30,597 bases of DNA from Escherichia phage ESSI2_ev040. The notes under the pieces were generated by a model. It searched no databases. It saw only the letters and a program-made list of their open reading frames with translations, and was not told the origin of the DNA. The stretch lies in sequence record NC_049393.1, one strand, 5' to 3'. The stretch's first letter is position 1. The number at the start of each line of letters is the position of its first letter. This document shows, one piece after another, positions 18,811 to 27,225 of the stretch. Made by a program: the position numbers and the translations under genes.

Positions 18811-19868
18811 GTAAAAAGAAACGCTTTGTTAAGCGCGACCAGCGCGGCGACAAATCAAAAAAGATGAGCATTATCACATTCGGCAAACCTGAACCGGTTC
18901 TGACTACCGGCACAGATTACCGTGATATCTGGTACGACAATGCCGCCGATCACTTCACCCAGCCGATTGACCGGCTGGCACTCGCACAACTGATTAATCT
19001 TAACGGTCAGCACGGCGGCATCATTCACGCCCGTAAAAACATGATTGTTTCAGACTACCAGGGGGGCGGGCTTATTCACGACCAGCTGGAAGCGGCAGCG
19101 TTTGACTATATAACCTTTGGGGATATTGCGATTGCCAAAATTCGTAACGGCTGGGGCGATGTGATCGCACTTGAACCCTTGCCCGGTCTGTATATTCGCC
19201 GCCGCAAAGTCAGAGATAACGCGCTGGATAAGCCCGGCGACTACGTGGTGTTACAGGAAGGGGAACCACAGGTATGGCCAGAAGAAGATATTATCTTCAT
19301 CAAAATGTATGACCCGCAACAGCATATCTACGGACTGCCGGACTACATCGGCGGTGTGCATTCCGCGTTACTTAACAGTGAAGCGGTCATTTTCCGACGC
19401 CGCTATTACCACAACGGTGCGCACACTGGCGGTATTCTTTATACCCGCGATCCCAGCATGACGGACGAAATGGAGGAAGAAATTGAACAGCAGCTGCGTG
19501 ACAGCAAAGGGATCGGTAACTTCTCCACCATCCTTGTAAACATTCCTGGTGGAGACGGTGACGCCATCAAATTCATTGAAATGGGGGATATTTCCGCGAA
19601 GGATGAATTTGCCAACATCAAAAACATCAGCGCCCAGGACATTCTGAACGCGCACCGTTTCCCTGCTGGCCTCGCCGGTATTGTTCCGCAGAACACTGCC
19701 GGACTGGGGGATGTTGAAAAGGCTGAACGCATTTACAAGAAAAGCGAAATAGCCCCCATCCAGCGCCGTTTCATGCTGGCCGTTAACAACGATCCCGAAA
19801 TACCGGAAAGGCTACACCTTAACTTTGATTTAAGTTACACAGAATCAACGGATAAGGGTGCGGCATGA
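18807..19868 (+). CDS. Q: portal protein, P2 gpQ-like
   Basis: 353 aa, directly coupled to the terminase large subunit. Confidence 0.9.
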   Translation: MSKKKRFVKRDQRGDKSKKMSIITFGKPEPVLTTGTDYRDIWYDNAADHFTQPIDRLALAQLINLNGQHGGIIHARKNMIVSDYQGGGLIHDQLEAAAFDYITFGDIAIAKIRNGWGDVIALEPLPGLYIRRRKVRDNALDKPGDYVVLQEGEPQVWPEEDIIFIKMYDPQQHIYGLPDYIGGVHSALLNSEAVIFRRRYYHNGAHTGGILYTRDPSMTDEMEEEIEQQLRDSKGIGNFSTILVNIPGGDGDAIKFIEMGDISAKDEFANIKNISAQDILNAHRFPAGLAGIVPQNTAGLGDVEKAERIYKKSEIAPIQRRFMLAVNNDPEIPERLHLNFDLSYTESTDKGAA

Positions 19869-19918
19869 GGCGAAACAGGCTAAAATCCAGGCATCATTTA
19901 ACAGCTGGAGCATGGAAT

Positions 19919-20188
19919 ATGCGAGTTCTGAAAATCGAATGCCCGGAATGCGGCTCAAAGGCTGTTATTCGTAAAACGAACAGGAAGCACCGGCAGATTG
20001 CGGATATTTACTGCGCCTGTTCAGATGTTGAGTGTGGCCATACGTTTGTTATGAATCTGACGTTCTCCCACACTCTCAGCCCCAGCGCTAAAACGGGTGA
20101 TGCGATGGTGCAAAAAATACTGAATGCACTTTCACCCGATCAGCGCCAGATGGCATTAGACCTATTGAAAGCGACTCCCGCCGCCTGA
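19919..20188 (+). CDS. ogr: Ogr/Delta-family zinc-finger late transcription activator (track ORF starts 19865 with ATGA overlap to Q; ATG 19919 has a GGAG RBS)
   Basis: CPECG...(about 20 aa)...YCACSDVECGHTF matches the C-x2-C / C-x4-C Ogr/Delta zinc-finger pattern. Confidence 0.7.
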   Translation: MRVLKIECPECGSKAVIRKTNRKHRQIADIYCACSDVECGHTFVMNLTFSHTLSPSAKTGDAMVQKILNALSPDQRQMALDLLKATPAA

Positions 20189-20192
20189 AATG

Positions 20193-20217
20193 CCCCCATT
20201 ACTGGGGGTTTTGTTTT
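20193..20217 (+). terminator. rho-independent terminator after the ogr-like gene
   Basis: Stem CCCCCA/TGGGGG with 4-nt loop followed by TTTTGTTTT, starting 5 nt after the stop. Confidence 0.7.
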
Positions 20218-20495
20218 CATACTCATCAAGCTTACTTTCCAGATCTGAAGTCAGTTCGCTCAGCCAGGCAAGTGCTATGTCTTTCTCACAGCCGGTGCAA
20301 TTACTTTTAGCTATAAGCCTTGTAAACAACGCAATCCGCTGCAATGCGATAGTTTCCAAAAACAAATCCTGCACAAGCATCCTCCCAAAAACAGAATAAC
20401 TGTATATAAACACAGTATACATTTAAGCACAAAATGTGAAAGTGCTTTTTCCTGCCATCTACTGACAAATGAATGCCTTTCACATACTTACACCA

Positions 20496-22517
20496 CTACA
20501 ACCACCCCGGCCACAGCTCCTGTAATGGCTCGTTTTGAGTCTCTTTAAGCCGCCCGTTGCGGTATATCAGTGCGCCCTGACCAAATATCAAACCACTACC
20601 CCGCAGGAGAATGGCTATTTCTTCATCAGAACCATCAAAACCCCGACTGCGTAATTCCAGTTTTAACCGTCTGCGGGTTCCCCCCTCCGTACAGTTATTG
20701 ACAGAACTCCAAGGGGCGGCGTTGCCGCCAGAAAACCCCGCCTCCGCTGGCGCTTCGGCCAACTTCGCAACCTTTTGCCACTTAACCAGACGGGTGCAAA
20801 CTTCTGAATCAGGAACCAAAGGAGAATAAACACCCTGTACGCGCTGCACGTCCTCCGCGTATTCGTTGCCTTGTTCCGTAATTTCATAGGCCAGACGAAC
20901 AACCAGATCTCGGCGGGCAACCAGTGCACCTCCCTGCGCCTGGGTATATGCAGCCCAGTCCCCGACATCAGCAGCGGCCAGAACCGCATCCATTCTGCGA
21001 TCTGTCAGTACCTGATCCCGCAAACGACGCAGCTCACGCCAGACGGTTACCGGCGCACCACCAATCTGCTGAAACTGGCGAATACGCCAGCGTGAAGCCC
21101 ACGCGGAAACGGACTTAGCCATATCACGCAGGTTTTCGCCGGTTTCTTCGTCCTGCTCACCATCCAGCGCAAAACCATCAATATTTTTTGAAATGTATTT
21201 CGCGATGTAGCCCGTGGCCGAACCTTTGGCGGGATCGATAGCTTCAACATGAAAACGCGCCTTCAGCGCCTTTTCAGATTGCAGTTCTTCAGAATCGGTA
21301 ATTCTGGCGTGATAGCAAAGAATATCGCGTACCGTGTCCACGTCCTGCGGACGCATAAAAAGCAACATATGCCAGTGCGGTGTCCCGTCATGGTGAGGCT
21401 CAACAACCCGAAACCCAAAGACATGAATACCCGCACGCGAGATCGCTGCGCGTGCTTTTGCCCATACGCCGCATAAATAGCGCTGGGTATCCTGCGGCGT
21501 ACATCCATCCCATTGCGATACAAAGCCACCTTTGCTGTGTACTGCGTGGAAACGTGATGGCGCAGTGATGGTGTAAAACTCACCGGCCAGCCCTTCTTCA
21601 TTGGCCATATCTTCAAACCCCCGCATTCTTACCATTAGTTCACATCGACGGATCGCCGGATTTGCAACGCTGCGGTGCACCATGCTGTCCAGTGCAATGC
21701 GCAGCCCCTCATCATTCAGCAGATCAAACTTTTTAAAGAACTCCAGATTCCGCTTTTTCTGGTCTATCCATTCGCCCAGTGTTTTGCGGGATACATAAGC
21801 GCTGGCCGCTTTTTGTACCTGTCCCACCGCGATGGCCATATGTTCGCGCTGTGTATCACGCGCACGTTTAAGACGCAGGTACCACCATTCTGGCGCCATC
21901 ATGCGCAGTATCCCTGATTCCGCCTTACGCATTTCCAGTTGGCCTTCATTGGCTTCGTGTTCAGCCCAGTACGGCGGCTGGTTATTCAGCATCAGGCAAC
22001 ACGCACAAAGATGGCGGTATGATTCCAGGGTGCGGCGGTGCAGCTCTCTGGCGTCGTCAGTGCCGGAATCAAACTGTTCGGTGAAGTCATAAAGTGACTG
22101 GGAAATCCAGCCAGATACCTGGCCAGCCAGTTTTTTAAGATCAGGACGGTCCAGTGACGGCAAGCGCTCCAGCGACTTACCAAAAGGAAGATCAGCAGCG
22201 TCAGCGGCCAGCGAGTAACGCGCAGCCACTTTGCGCAGACGTGGCAATACACTCCCGCCGATAGTCTGGCGCAGGAATGTATTGGCACGGCGACGCCCGT
22301 CACGACCAGCAAACAGCTTTTCGTAACGACGGCCAAAATACCCGGCTAACCAGTCGGGTATCTCATGAAGGTACTGTGAGCGCCATTCGTAATCCTGCGG
22401 GTTAACCGCCCACAGGCGGCGCTCGGTGATCGTGGCGTCTGTAGGCGTACCCGGTGCGAACGTTTCACGCCGCCAGGTATCGACGGCGTGATGTTGGCCA
22501 TTGGCGACAGGAGTCAT
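20496..22517 (-). CDS. A: replication initiation protein (P2 gpA-like rolling-circle initiator)
   Basis: 673 aa; motif GYIAKYISKN with paired tyrosines typical of rolling-circle initiators; last gene of the early operon. Confidence 0.85.
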   Translation of the reverse strand: MTPVANGQHHAVDTWRRETFAPGTPTDATITERRLWAVNPQDYEWRSQYLHEIPDWLAGYFGRRYEKLFAGRDGRRRANTFLRQTIGGSVLPRLRKVAARYSLAADAADLPFGKSLERLPSLDRPDLKKLAGQVSGWISQSLYDFTEQFDSGTDDARELHRRTLESYRHLCACCLMLNNQPPYWAEHEANEGQLEMRKAESGILRMMAPEWWYLRLKRARDTQREHMAIAVGQVQKAASAYVSRKTLGEWIDQKKRNLEFFKKFDLLNDEGLRIALDSMVHRSVANPAIRRCELMVRMRGFEDMANEEGLAGEFYTITAPSRFHAVHSKGGFVSQWDGCTPQDTQRYLCGVWAKARAAISRAGIHVFGFRVVEPHHDGTPHWHMLLFMRPQDVDTVRDILCYHARITDSEELQSEKALKARFHVEAIDPAKGSATGYIAKYISKNIDGFALDGEQDEETGENLRDMAKSVSAWASRWRIRQFQQIGGAPVTVWRELRRLRDQVLTDRRMDAVLAAADVGDWAAYTQAQGGALVARRDLVVRLAYEITEQGNEYAEDVQRVQGVYSPLVPDSEVCTRLVKWQKVAKLAEAPAEAGFSGGNAAPWSSVNNCTEGGTRRRLKLELRSRGFDGSDEEIAILLRGSGLIFGQGALIYRNGRLKETQNEPLQELWPGWL

Positions 22518-23374
22518 GCGCAGGCCATCGCTATAGAATCAATCGGCGACTTCAGAATTAACTCTGCGGCAACTTTCTGGCTTGCAGCTGCGGCACCAAC
22601 ACTACGCGGGGCATTAATGCGAACGGCTTCAAATCCGGCGTACAGGTAATGCACCATTTCCAGATCGGCATTAGAGGCCACAACCGGCACACCTTTTCTG
22701 GCCAGACGGCGCAACTTACGCGCCAGCCTCCCCTGATCCATGTGCGAAAAACCGCGCTCATGGTAAGCGGTGAAATTGTCGCTTTCAGTCAGATAAGGCG
22801 GATCACAGTAAACAACGTCATTCCCGTCCCGAACCAAATCGAGCGTTTCTGAATAGTGGGCAGTAATGAACGTTGCGCGTTTTGCTTTTTCAGCAAAGGC
22901 GCGGATTTCATCAGCGGGGAAATAAGGCTTTTTGTACTTACCGAACGGGACGTTGAACTGGCCTCGACGGTTATACCGGCACAGACCATTGAAGCAGTGC
23001 CGGTTCAGGTACAGGAAACGCGCAGCAGCTTCTACAGATTCCGAACCAAAGGATTTACCTGACTGGTTGAAAGCATCCCGCACAGCATAATAGAAAACTG
23101 CGCGGCTTTCTTCATCACCTAACGAACCGGCAGTAAACAGACTTTCCAGCTCATTGAGCAGCGCATCAGTGTGATACGCCATCGCCTTATAAAGATTAAC
23201 CAGATCAGGATTCACATCTGCGATCAGATACTCGTCATAATCCGTATTCATCATGACGGCGCAGGAACCTGCGAACGGCTCAACCAGGCGTTTACCTTCT
23301 GGAAGGTGCGGACGCAGCTTAGGCATAAGGCGGGCTTTGCTACCCACCCATTTAAGCGGAGTTTTAACGGCCAT
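22514..23374 (-). CDS. dam: DNA adenine methyltransferase (Dam-like, N6-adenine)
   Basis: EPFAGSCAV (AdoMet motif) and DPPY catalytic motif; GGAGG RBS before ATG 23374; stop overlaps the A start (ATGA). Confidence 0.85.
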   Translation of the reverse strand: MAVKTPLKWVGSKARLMPKLRPHLPEGKRLVEPFAGSCAVMMNTDYDEYLIADVNPDLVNLYKAMAYHTDALLNELESLFTAGSLGDEESRAVFYYAVRDAFNQSGKSFGSESVEAAARFLYLNRHCFNGLCRYNRRGQFNVPFGKYKKPYFPADEIRAFAEKAKRATFITAHYSETLDLVRDGNDVVYCDPPYLTESDNFTAYHERGFSHMDQGRLARKLRRLARKGVPVVASNADLEMVHYLYAGFEAVRINAPRSVGAAAASQKVAAELILKSPIDSIAMACA

Positions 23375-23693
23375 AATGACCTCCGCCAACTAACGACTCT
23401 GTTACACCGTTTGAAATGATGTATTCCAGCACTTCAAGCGGTGACAGCGAACGGATAGATAAAACCACCCAATTTTCGGTATCAGCGATGATTTCATTCA
23501 CCGGCAACACATGGGTGATAACTGCCGCCCACTCTCGCCCGGTGTATTTCCCGTGCTTCCACTCGCACAATGAAAGAACATCACCGGTTTTATACCCGCG
23601 ATCATTTTTACGCAGTTCGGCCTTTTTCTGGCCAGCCACCACAGCATCAAGGTATTTCGGCGCAATTTTTACCGCATGGATTTTGATTATCAT
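23364..23693 (-). CDS. small PUA/ASCH-like protein (tentative)
   Basis: About 110 aa from ATG 23693 (ATGA overlap with the exonuclease stop); weak resemblance to ASCH/DUF3850-type proteins often found next to phage methyltransferases. Confidence 0.35.
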   Translation of the reverse strand: MIIKIHAVKIAPKYLDAVVAGQKKAELRKNDRGYKTGDVLSLCEWKHGKYTGREWAAVITHVLPVNEIIADTENWVVLSIRSLSPLEVLEYIISNGVTESLVGGGHYGR

Positions 23694-24286
23694 TTTGCAC
23701 CGCCTTGCGCTAAAGCTTTGATGACACCTAATGTCATTTTGCAATCAGCTAAAGCACGGTGTGCCTTCCCCTCGATCACAACTCCTTCATGCGCGGCGGC
23801 ATCAACTAACTTATGCCATTTATAACCGTGATATTTCCCCGGCTCGCCACGATATTCTGCATATAGTTTCATTGCGCAAACAGAATGAGCAGCAAGCATC
23901 CATGGCGCACCTTCAGAAGGTCTTCCATTCAATGCGTAGGTCTGACGAATTAACCGGAGATCATAATCGGCGTTATAGATAACAAAGCCAAAACGTCTAA
24001 TAAGTTCTTCCACTGCGCCGCATATATCTGTCCACGCAGGAGCATAGGCAACCATTTCATTTGTGATCCCATGAATGGCAATTGCTTCATCAGGAATAGG
24101 CTTAGTAGGTTTAACAAGCGTGTTAAGCAGAATAAATCCATGGCTATCAATGATGCATATTTCTACTATTTCTGCATCATCACCCAGCCCCGTGGTTTCG
24201 GTATCAATAAATAGGCGATTATCGTCAAGCCACTGTTGTGCTAACAGGCTGATAGAATACTTCAATTGCTTAGTATTCAATTCCAT
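23690..24286 (-). CDS. DnaQ-like 3'-5' exonuclease (DEDDh family)
   Basis: Exo I FIDTETTG, Exo II NADYD, Exo III HRALADC; AGGAGGT RBS 5 nt upstream of ATG 24286. Confidence 0.75.
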   Translation of the reverse strand: MELNTKQLKYSISLLAQQWLDDNRLFIDTETTGLGDDAEIVEICIIDSHGFILLNTLVKPTKPIPDEAIAIHGITNEMVAYAPAWTDICGAVEELIRRFGFVIYNADYDLRLIRQTYALNGRPSEGAPWMLAAHSVCAMKLYAEYRGEPGKYHGYKWHKLVDAAAHEGVVIEGKAHRALADCKMTLGVIKALAQGGAK

Positions 24287-24510
24287 GCTGCACCTCCTTT
24301 GCTGCAAATCGCCGCTGCTTCTTCGCGGATCAACTCAACGATTTCCGTTGCGCTTAAACCTTCATTGGCCGCATGAGTGGCCAACTTATCCAGACGGGTG
24401 GAACACAGATCAGCAGCTGCGGCTTTACCTTCCTGCGTGGCTTTGGTGAGCATGGCCAGCAGGTCGGTGCCTGATTTTGTTGCGGGTAAATCCTGACGTG
24501 TCATGTGCAT
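24277..24510 (-). CDS. hypothetical early protein (77 aa)
   Basis: ORF in the early operon; no motif recognised. Confidence 0.4.
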   Translation of the reverse strand: MHMTRQDLPATKSGTDLLAMLTKATQEGKAAAADLCSTRLDKLATHAANEGLSATEIVELIREEAAAICSKGGAAWN

Positions 24511-24577
24511 TTTGGTTTCCTTAAGGCAAAAGAATCCCCGGCCACTTGAACCGTGGCCAAAAAATTCAGGCTGTTAA

Positions 24578-24979
24578 TTAGTGAAAAGTGGGTTGTACTG
24601 TGGCGGCTGAGTAGTTCGGTGCCGGAATCAGGTGCAGCTCATAGGTTGTCCGCCACCACTCCTGTATCAGCGCTATTATCTCGCCAATTCCCAACGCCCC
24701 GGCTGTATAGAAAATTGCACGAATCCCCGCCAGCGCTTCTATCTGTGCTTCTTTGCTTTCCGCTTCGCGATACACGCAGCACCAGAAAGCAGCATTGATC
24801 GCCAGCCAGTGACGCGGATTTGTCATGTGTTCAGTGTCATTGAAGAAGAACGGATGCAAAGCGATACGCCCATTTTTACTGGTGCTTTTCTCTGCAAACG
24901 CTAAAGCGTAGTTATGTGGGACGCCCCACACAGCCAGCTCTGCCCCCAACAATTTGCCCTCAACGGAAATAATGGTCAT
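24578..24979 (-). CDS. hypothetical early protein (133 aa)
   Basis: ORF in the early operon with 1-nt overlap to the upstream gene. Confidence 0.5.
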   Translation of the reverse strand: MTIISVEGKLLGAELAVWGVPHNYALAFAEKSTSKNGRIALHPFFFNDTEHMTNPRHWLAINAAFWCCVYREAESKEAQIEALAGIRAIFYTAGALGIGEIIALIQEWWRTTYELHLIPAPNYSAATVQPTFH

Positions 24980-25407
24980 TAGTGATTCCCCTGCTGCTGC
25001 AACTTATGGACGATATGAGGCGCGATCACCATCTGCACCCCGCTACTGCTATAAATTGGATGTACTTTTTTGATCGGGCGGTTCGCGGTGCGTTTCGAAA
25101 AATCGCTGTCACGTAAACTGCCGAAACCTTCAAACGTTAACCGCGCCCGTGAAATGCCCTGCCGCAGTTGAATCATGTCCCGATAGCCCAGACGTTCATA
25201 AAGCTCCCGCCAGCAGCACTTACTTAAATGGGCTTTAAATGCCCCGGTACCAGATGTAACCGCAGCAGCATGAAGCACTACGCCGCGCCACTCCGGTGTT
25301 AAGTTGTCCCACCATTCAGCGGCCTCGCTGCTTTCGCTGAAGTATTTGCGGCGGATCTGTTTTAAATGCTCCAGCCCGCGCTTTTGCTGTTCCTGGCTAA
25401 TAGCCAT
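24979..25407 (-). CDS. hypothetical early protein (142 aa)
   Basis: ORF in the early operon; no motif recognised. Confidence 0.5.
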   Translation of the reverse strand: MAISQEQQKRGLEHLKQIRRKYFSESSEAAEWWDNLTPEWRGVVLHAAAVTSGTGAFKAHLSKCCWRELYERLGYRDMIQLRQGISRARLTFEGFGSLRDSDFSKRTANRPIKKVHPIYSSSGVQMVIAPHIVHKLQQQGNH

Positions 25408-25624
25408 AGCGCCCCCCTATACATCCAACCAGGCGACGGGCTTTTGTAGACAAGAAACGCAAAATCACCCCGCTTTTCATCCGAACAGGCTCATGCGCAT
25501 TGAATTTATACGTGTGGCCTGGGTTCCAGCGCTGACCGTTCGGCAGTTCTATCCAGCCCGTTGAACCACTCGGCGACTGCATGGCTGGAGATTCTTTTTT
25601 CAGGTAAGTGACAAACGCTTTCAT
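25397..25624 (-). CDS. hypothetical early protein (75 aa), in the position of 186 fil/dhr-type genes
   Basis: Small ORF directly downstream of cII. Confidence 0.4.
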   Translation of the reverse strand: MKAFVTYLKKESPAMQSPSGSTGWIELPNGQRWNPGHTYKFNAHEPVRMKSGVILRFLSTKARRLVGCIGGRYGY

Positions 25625-25633
25625 GGTGTTCCC

Positions 25634-26137
25634 TCACATCAGGCCGGTGGCGTTGGTAGTGACCAGATCCACCGCAGCGGCCAGAACAGGCGCAGAGTGA
25701 ATACGGCTTTCAACGGTATAAGCCAGCACGGATAAGCTACGGATTGCATCGCGGGCACGATCCAGAATTTGAGTACGGCGGGCGGCGGTCATATGGCCAG
25801 TTGATACGGCTTCCCCAGCAATCGCGCCCACACACGCAGTAGCGCTCAACGCGCAAAATTGCATGTTGGCTTCAGTGGCGTTATTGACTGGAACGGAGGG
25901 CAAGCAGTTAATCTGCCCCAGCATCCCATCAAGCAAACGAGCATCTTCCGTGTAATCGGTGATAGCCAGCAGCTCGTCACAGGTCAGGCGGTGCGGTTGA
26001 ACCGGGTTCAACTTATTGCGCAGGATCTGCGGACGCATACCAACGGCAGCGGCCACATCTTCCAGATTGTGCGACAGCGCAAACGCTCGGCAAGCTGCAT
26101 CAAAATGTGCATGTTTGGAAGTTTGGTAATCAAACAT
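25634..26137 (-). CDS. cII: CII-like lysogeny establishment activator (186 CII family)
   Basis: N-terminus MFDYQTSKHAHFDAACRAF...LRNKLNP resembles 186 CII as recalled; ATG 26137 with GAGGG RBS (track start 26146 is GTG). Confidence 0.7.
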   Translation of the reverse strand: MFDYQTSKHAHFDAACRAFALSHNLEDVAAAVGMRPQILRNKLNPVQPHRLTCDELLAITDYTEDARLLDGMLGQINCLPSVPVNNATEANMQFCALSATACVGAIAGEAVSTGHMTAARRTQILDRARDAIRSLSVLAYTVESRIHSAPVLAAAVDLVTTNATGLM

Positions 26138-26169
26138 AGTCAGCACCCTCTCTGCGTTTCAAAATCGAA

Positions 26170-26391
26170 TCAGTTAAGTACGATGTTGCAACCCGCGAGG
26201 GCGTCTATGGTCAGAGCCGCGATATTGATCATGACTTTTTCACGCCCCATATCTTTGCGAAGGCGGTGACGAGGCAAGCGGCCATCTTTCAACATCGCGT
26301 CAACGGTATCTTCTGGTAAACCAGTGAGTTCGATGTATTTATCTTTTGAGATAGAAGGGACGGGTAGATTGATTGAAATGTTAGTGGTCAT
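26170..26391 (-). CDS. apl: Apl/Cox-family excisionase and switch regulator
   Basis: 73 aa with HTH-like segment YIELTGLPEDTVDAMLKDGRLP; first gene of the early operon, divergent from cI. Confidence 0.55.
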   Translation of the reverse strand: MTTNISINLPVPSISKDKYIELTGLPEDTVDAMLKDGRLPRHRLRKDMGREKVMINIAALTIDALAGCNIVLN

Positions 26392-26526
26392 AGTGCAAGA
26401 TTCCTCGCTTGGAAGTTAACCGTGGCTAGCGGTGTTAAAAGGTGAACAACCTGTTTTGGAATGTTCGCCTGCAAAATAACTTTCCAAATGCGAAGTGTCA
26501 ACCAATAACTTTCCCGAGGCGGAATT
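26392..26526. promoter_or_regulatory. lysis-lysogeny switch region between apl and cI, with direct repeats AATAACTTTCC at 26475-26485 and 26504-26514
   Basis: Intergenic region between divergent apl and cI; 11-bp direct repeats and TTTTGGAA/TTCCAAA imperfect inverted repeat seen directly. Confidence 0.55.
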
Positions 26527-27147
26527 ATGGATCTCAAAAACGGAGGCCAGGCAGTTATAACCAGGCTCCTTGAAGCTTATGGATTTAAGACAAGGCAGGC
26601 TTTATGCGACCAATTGAAAGTATCAACAAGCACCATGGGAACGAGATGGATGCGTGATGTATTCCCAGCTGACTGGGTTATACAGTGCACAATCGAAACT
26701 GGTGCATCAGTAGAATGGCTATCGTTCGGAACAGGCGAGAAATTTCCCAACGGAACCAGCAAAAACGCAAATGAGAATGAAAATTCCGCAAATGAGAACT
26801 TGTTAGGTGATGTTGTTTCTGTTACCCGAAAAAAGGTAATAGATGGAAATTTATACGATTCTAATTTTTACATGCTCGACAAAGCCATGCTCCCATCCCA
26901 CCTCAGCAAACCCATTATTATTGTGGATGATGATGTCAGCTACTTAGCCGAGCAGAAAAATGATGAATTAACAGACGGTACATGGCTTGTTGAAATTGAA
27001 GGGCAAGTGAGCATAAAAGAGCTAATACGCATTCCAGTAGGCAGGGTTCGTGTAACCTCAGTGCCTGGTAGCGCTAGTTTTGAGTGCGGTATTGATGACT
27101 TAAAACCTATCGCAAAATGCCACTACTACCTGCTGACAGATGTTTGA
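26527..27147 (+). CDS. cI: CI immunity repressor (186 CI family)
   Basis: N-terminal LLEAYGF and ETGASVEWLSFGTGE motifs resemble the 186 CI repressor N-terminal domain; upstream of int on the same strand as in 186. Confidence 0.8.
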   Translation: MDLKNGGQAVITRLLEAYGFKTRQALCDQLKVSTSTMGTRWMRDVFPADWVIQCTIETGASVEWLSFGTGEKFPNGTSKNANENENSANENLLGDVVSVTRKKVIDGNLYDSNFYMLDKAMLPSHLSKPIIIVDDDVSYLAEQKNDELTDGTWLVEIEGQVSIKELIRIPVGRVRVTSVPGSASFECGIDDLKPIAKCHYYLLTDV

Positions 27148-27225
27148 TCGAGAGTGAAACAAACATTGACACTGTATAAATAAACAGTGAATCATACCCC
27201 TATAGCAAGTAATAAGGGGTATTGA

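Noticed and set aside
20171-20192. G-rich motif CCCGCCGCC (reverse GGCGGCGGG) resembling part of the P2 cos sequence
   Set aside because: Lies inside the ogr coding 3' end and matches the recalled P2 cos only partially.
20162-20422. ORFs of 86 aa (minus) and 69 aa (plus) in the ogr-A intergenic region
   Set aside because: Region is AT-rich, contains terminator hairpins and palindromes, and has no RBS; more likely non-coding, though a small gene cannot be excluded.
20189-22517. P2-type tin/old defence hotspot between the replication gene and the portal/cos region
   Set aside because: Only a ~300-bp non-coding gap lies between ogr and A, so that hotspot is empty in this prophage.
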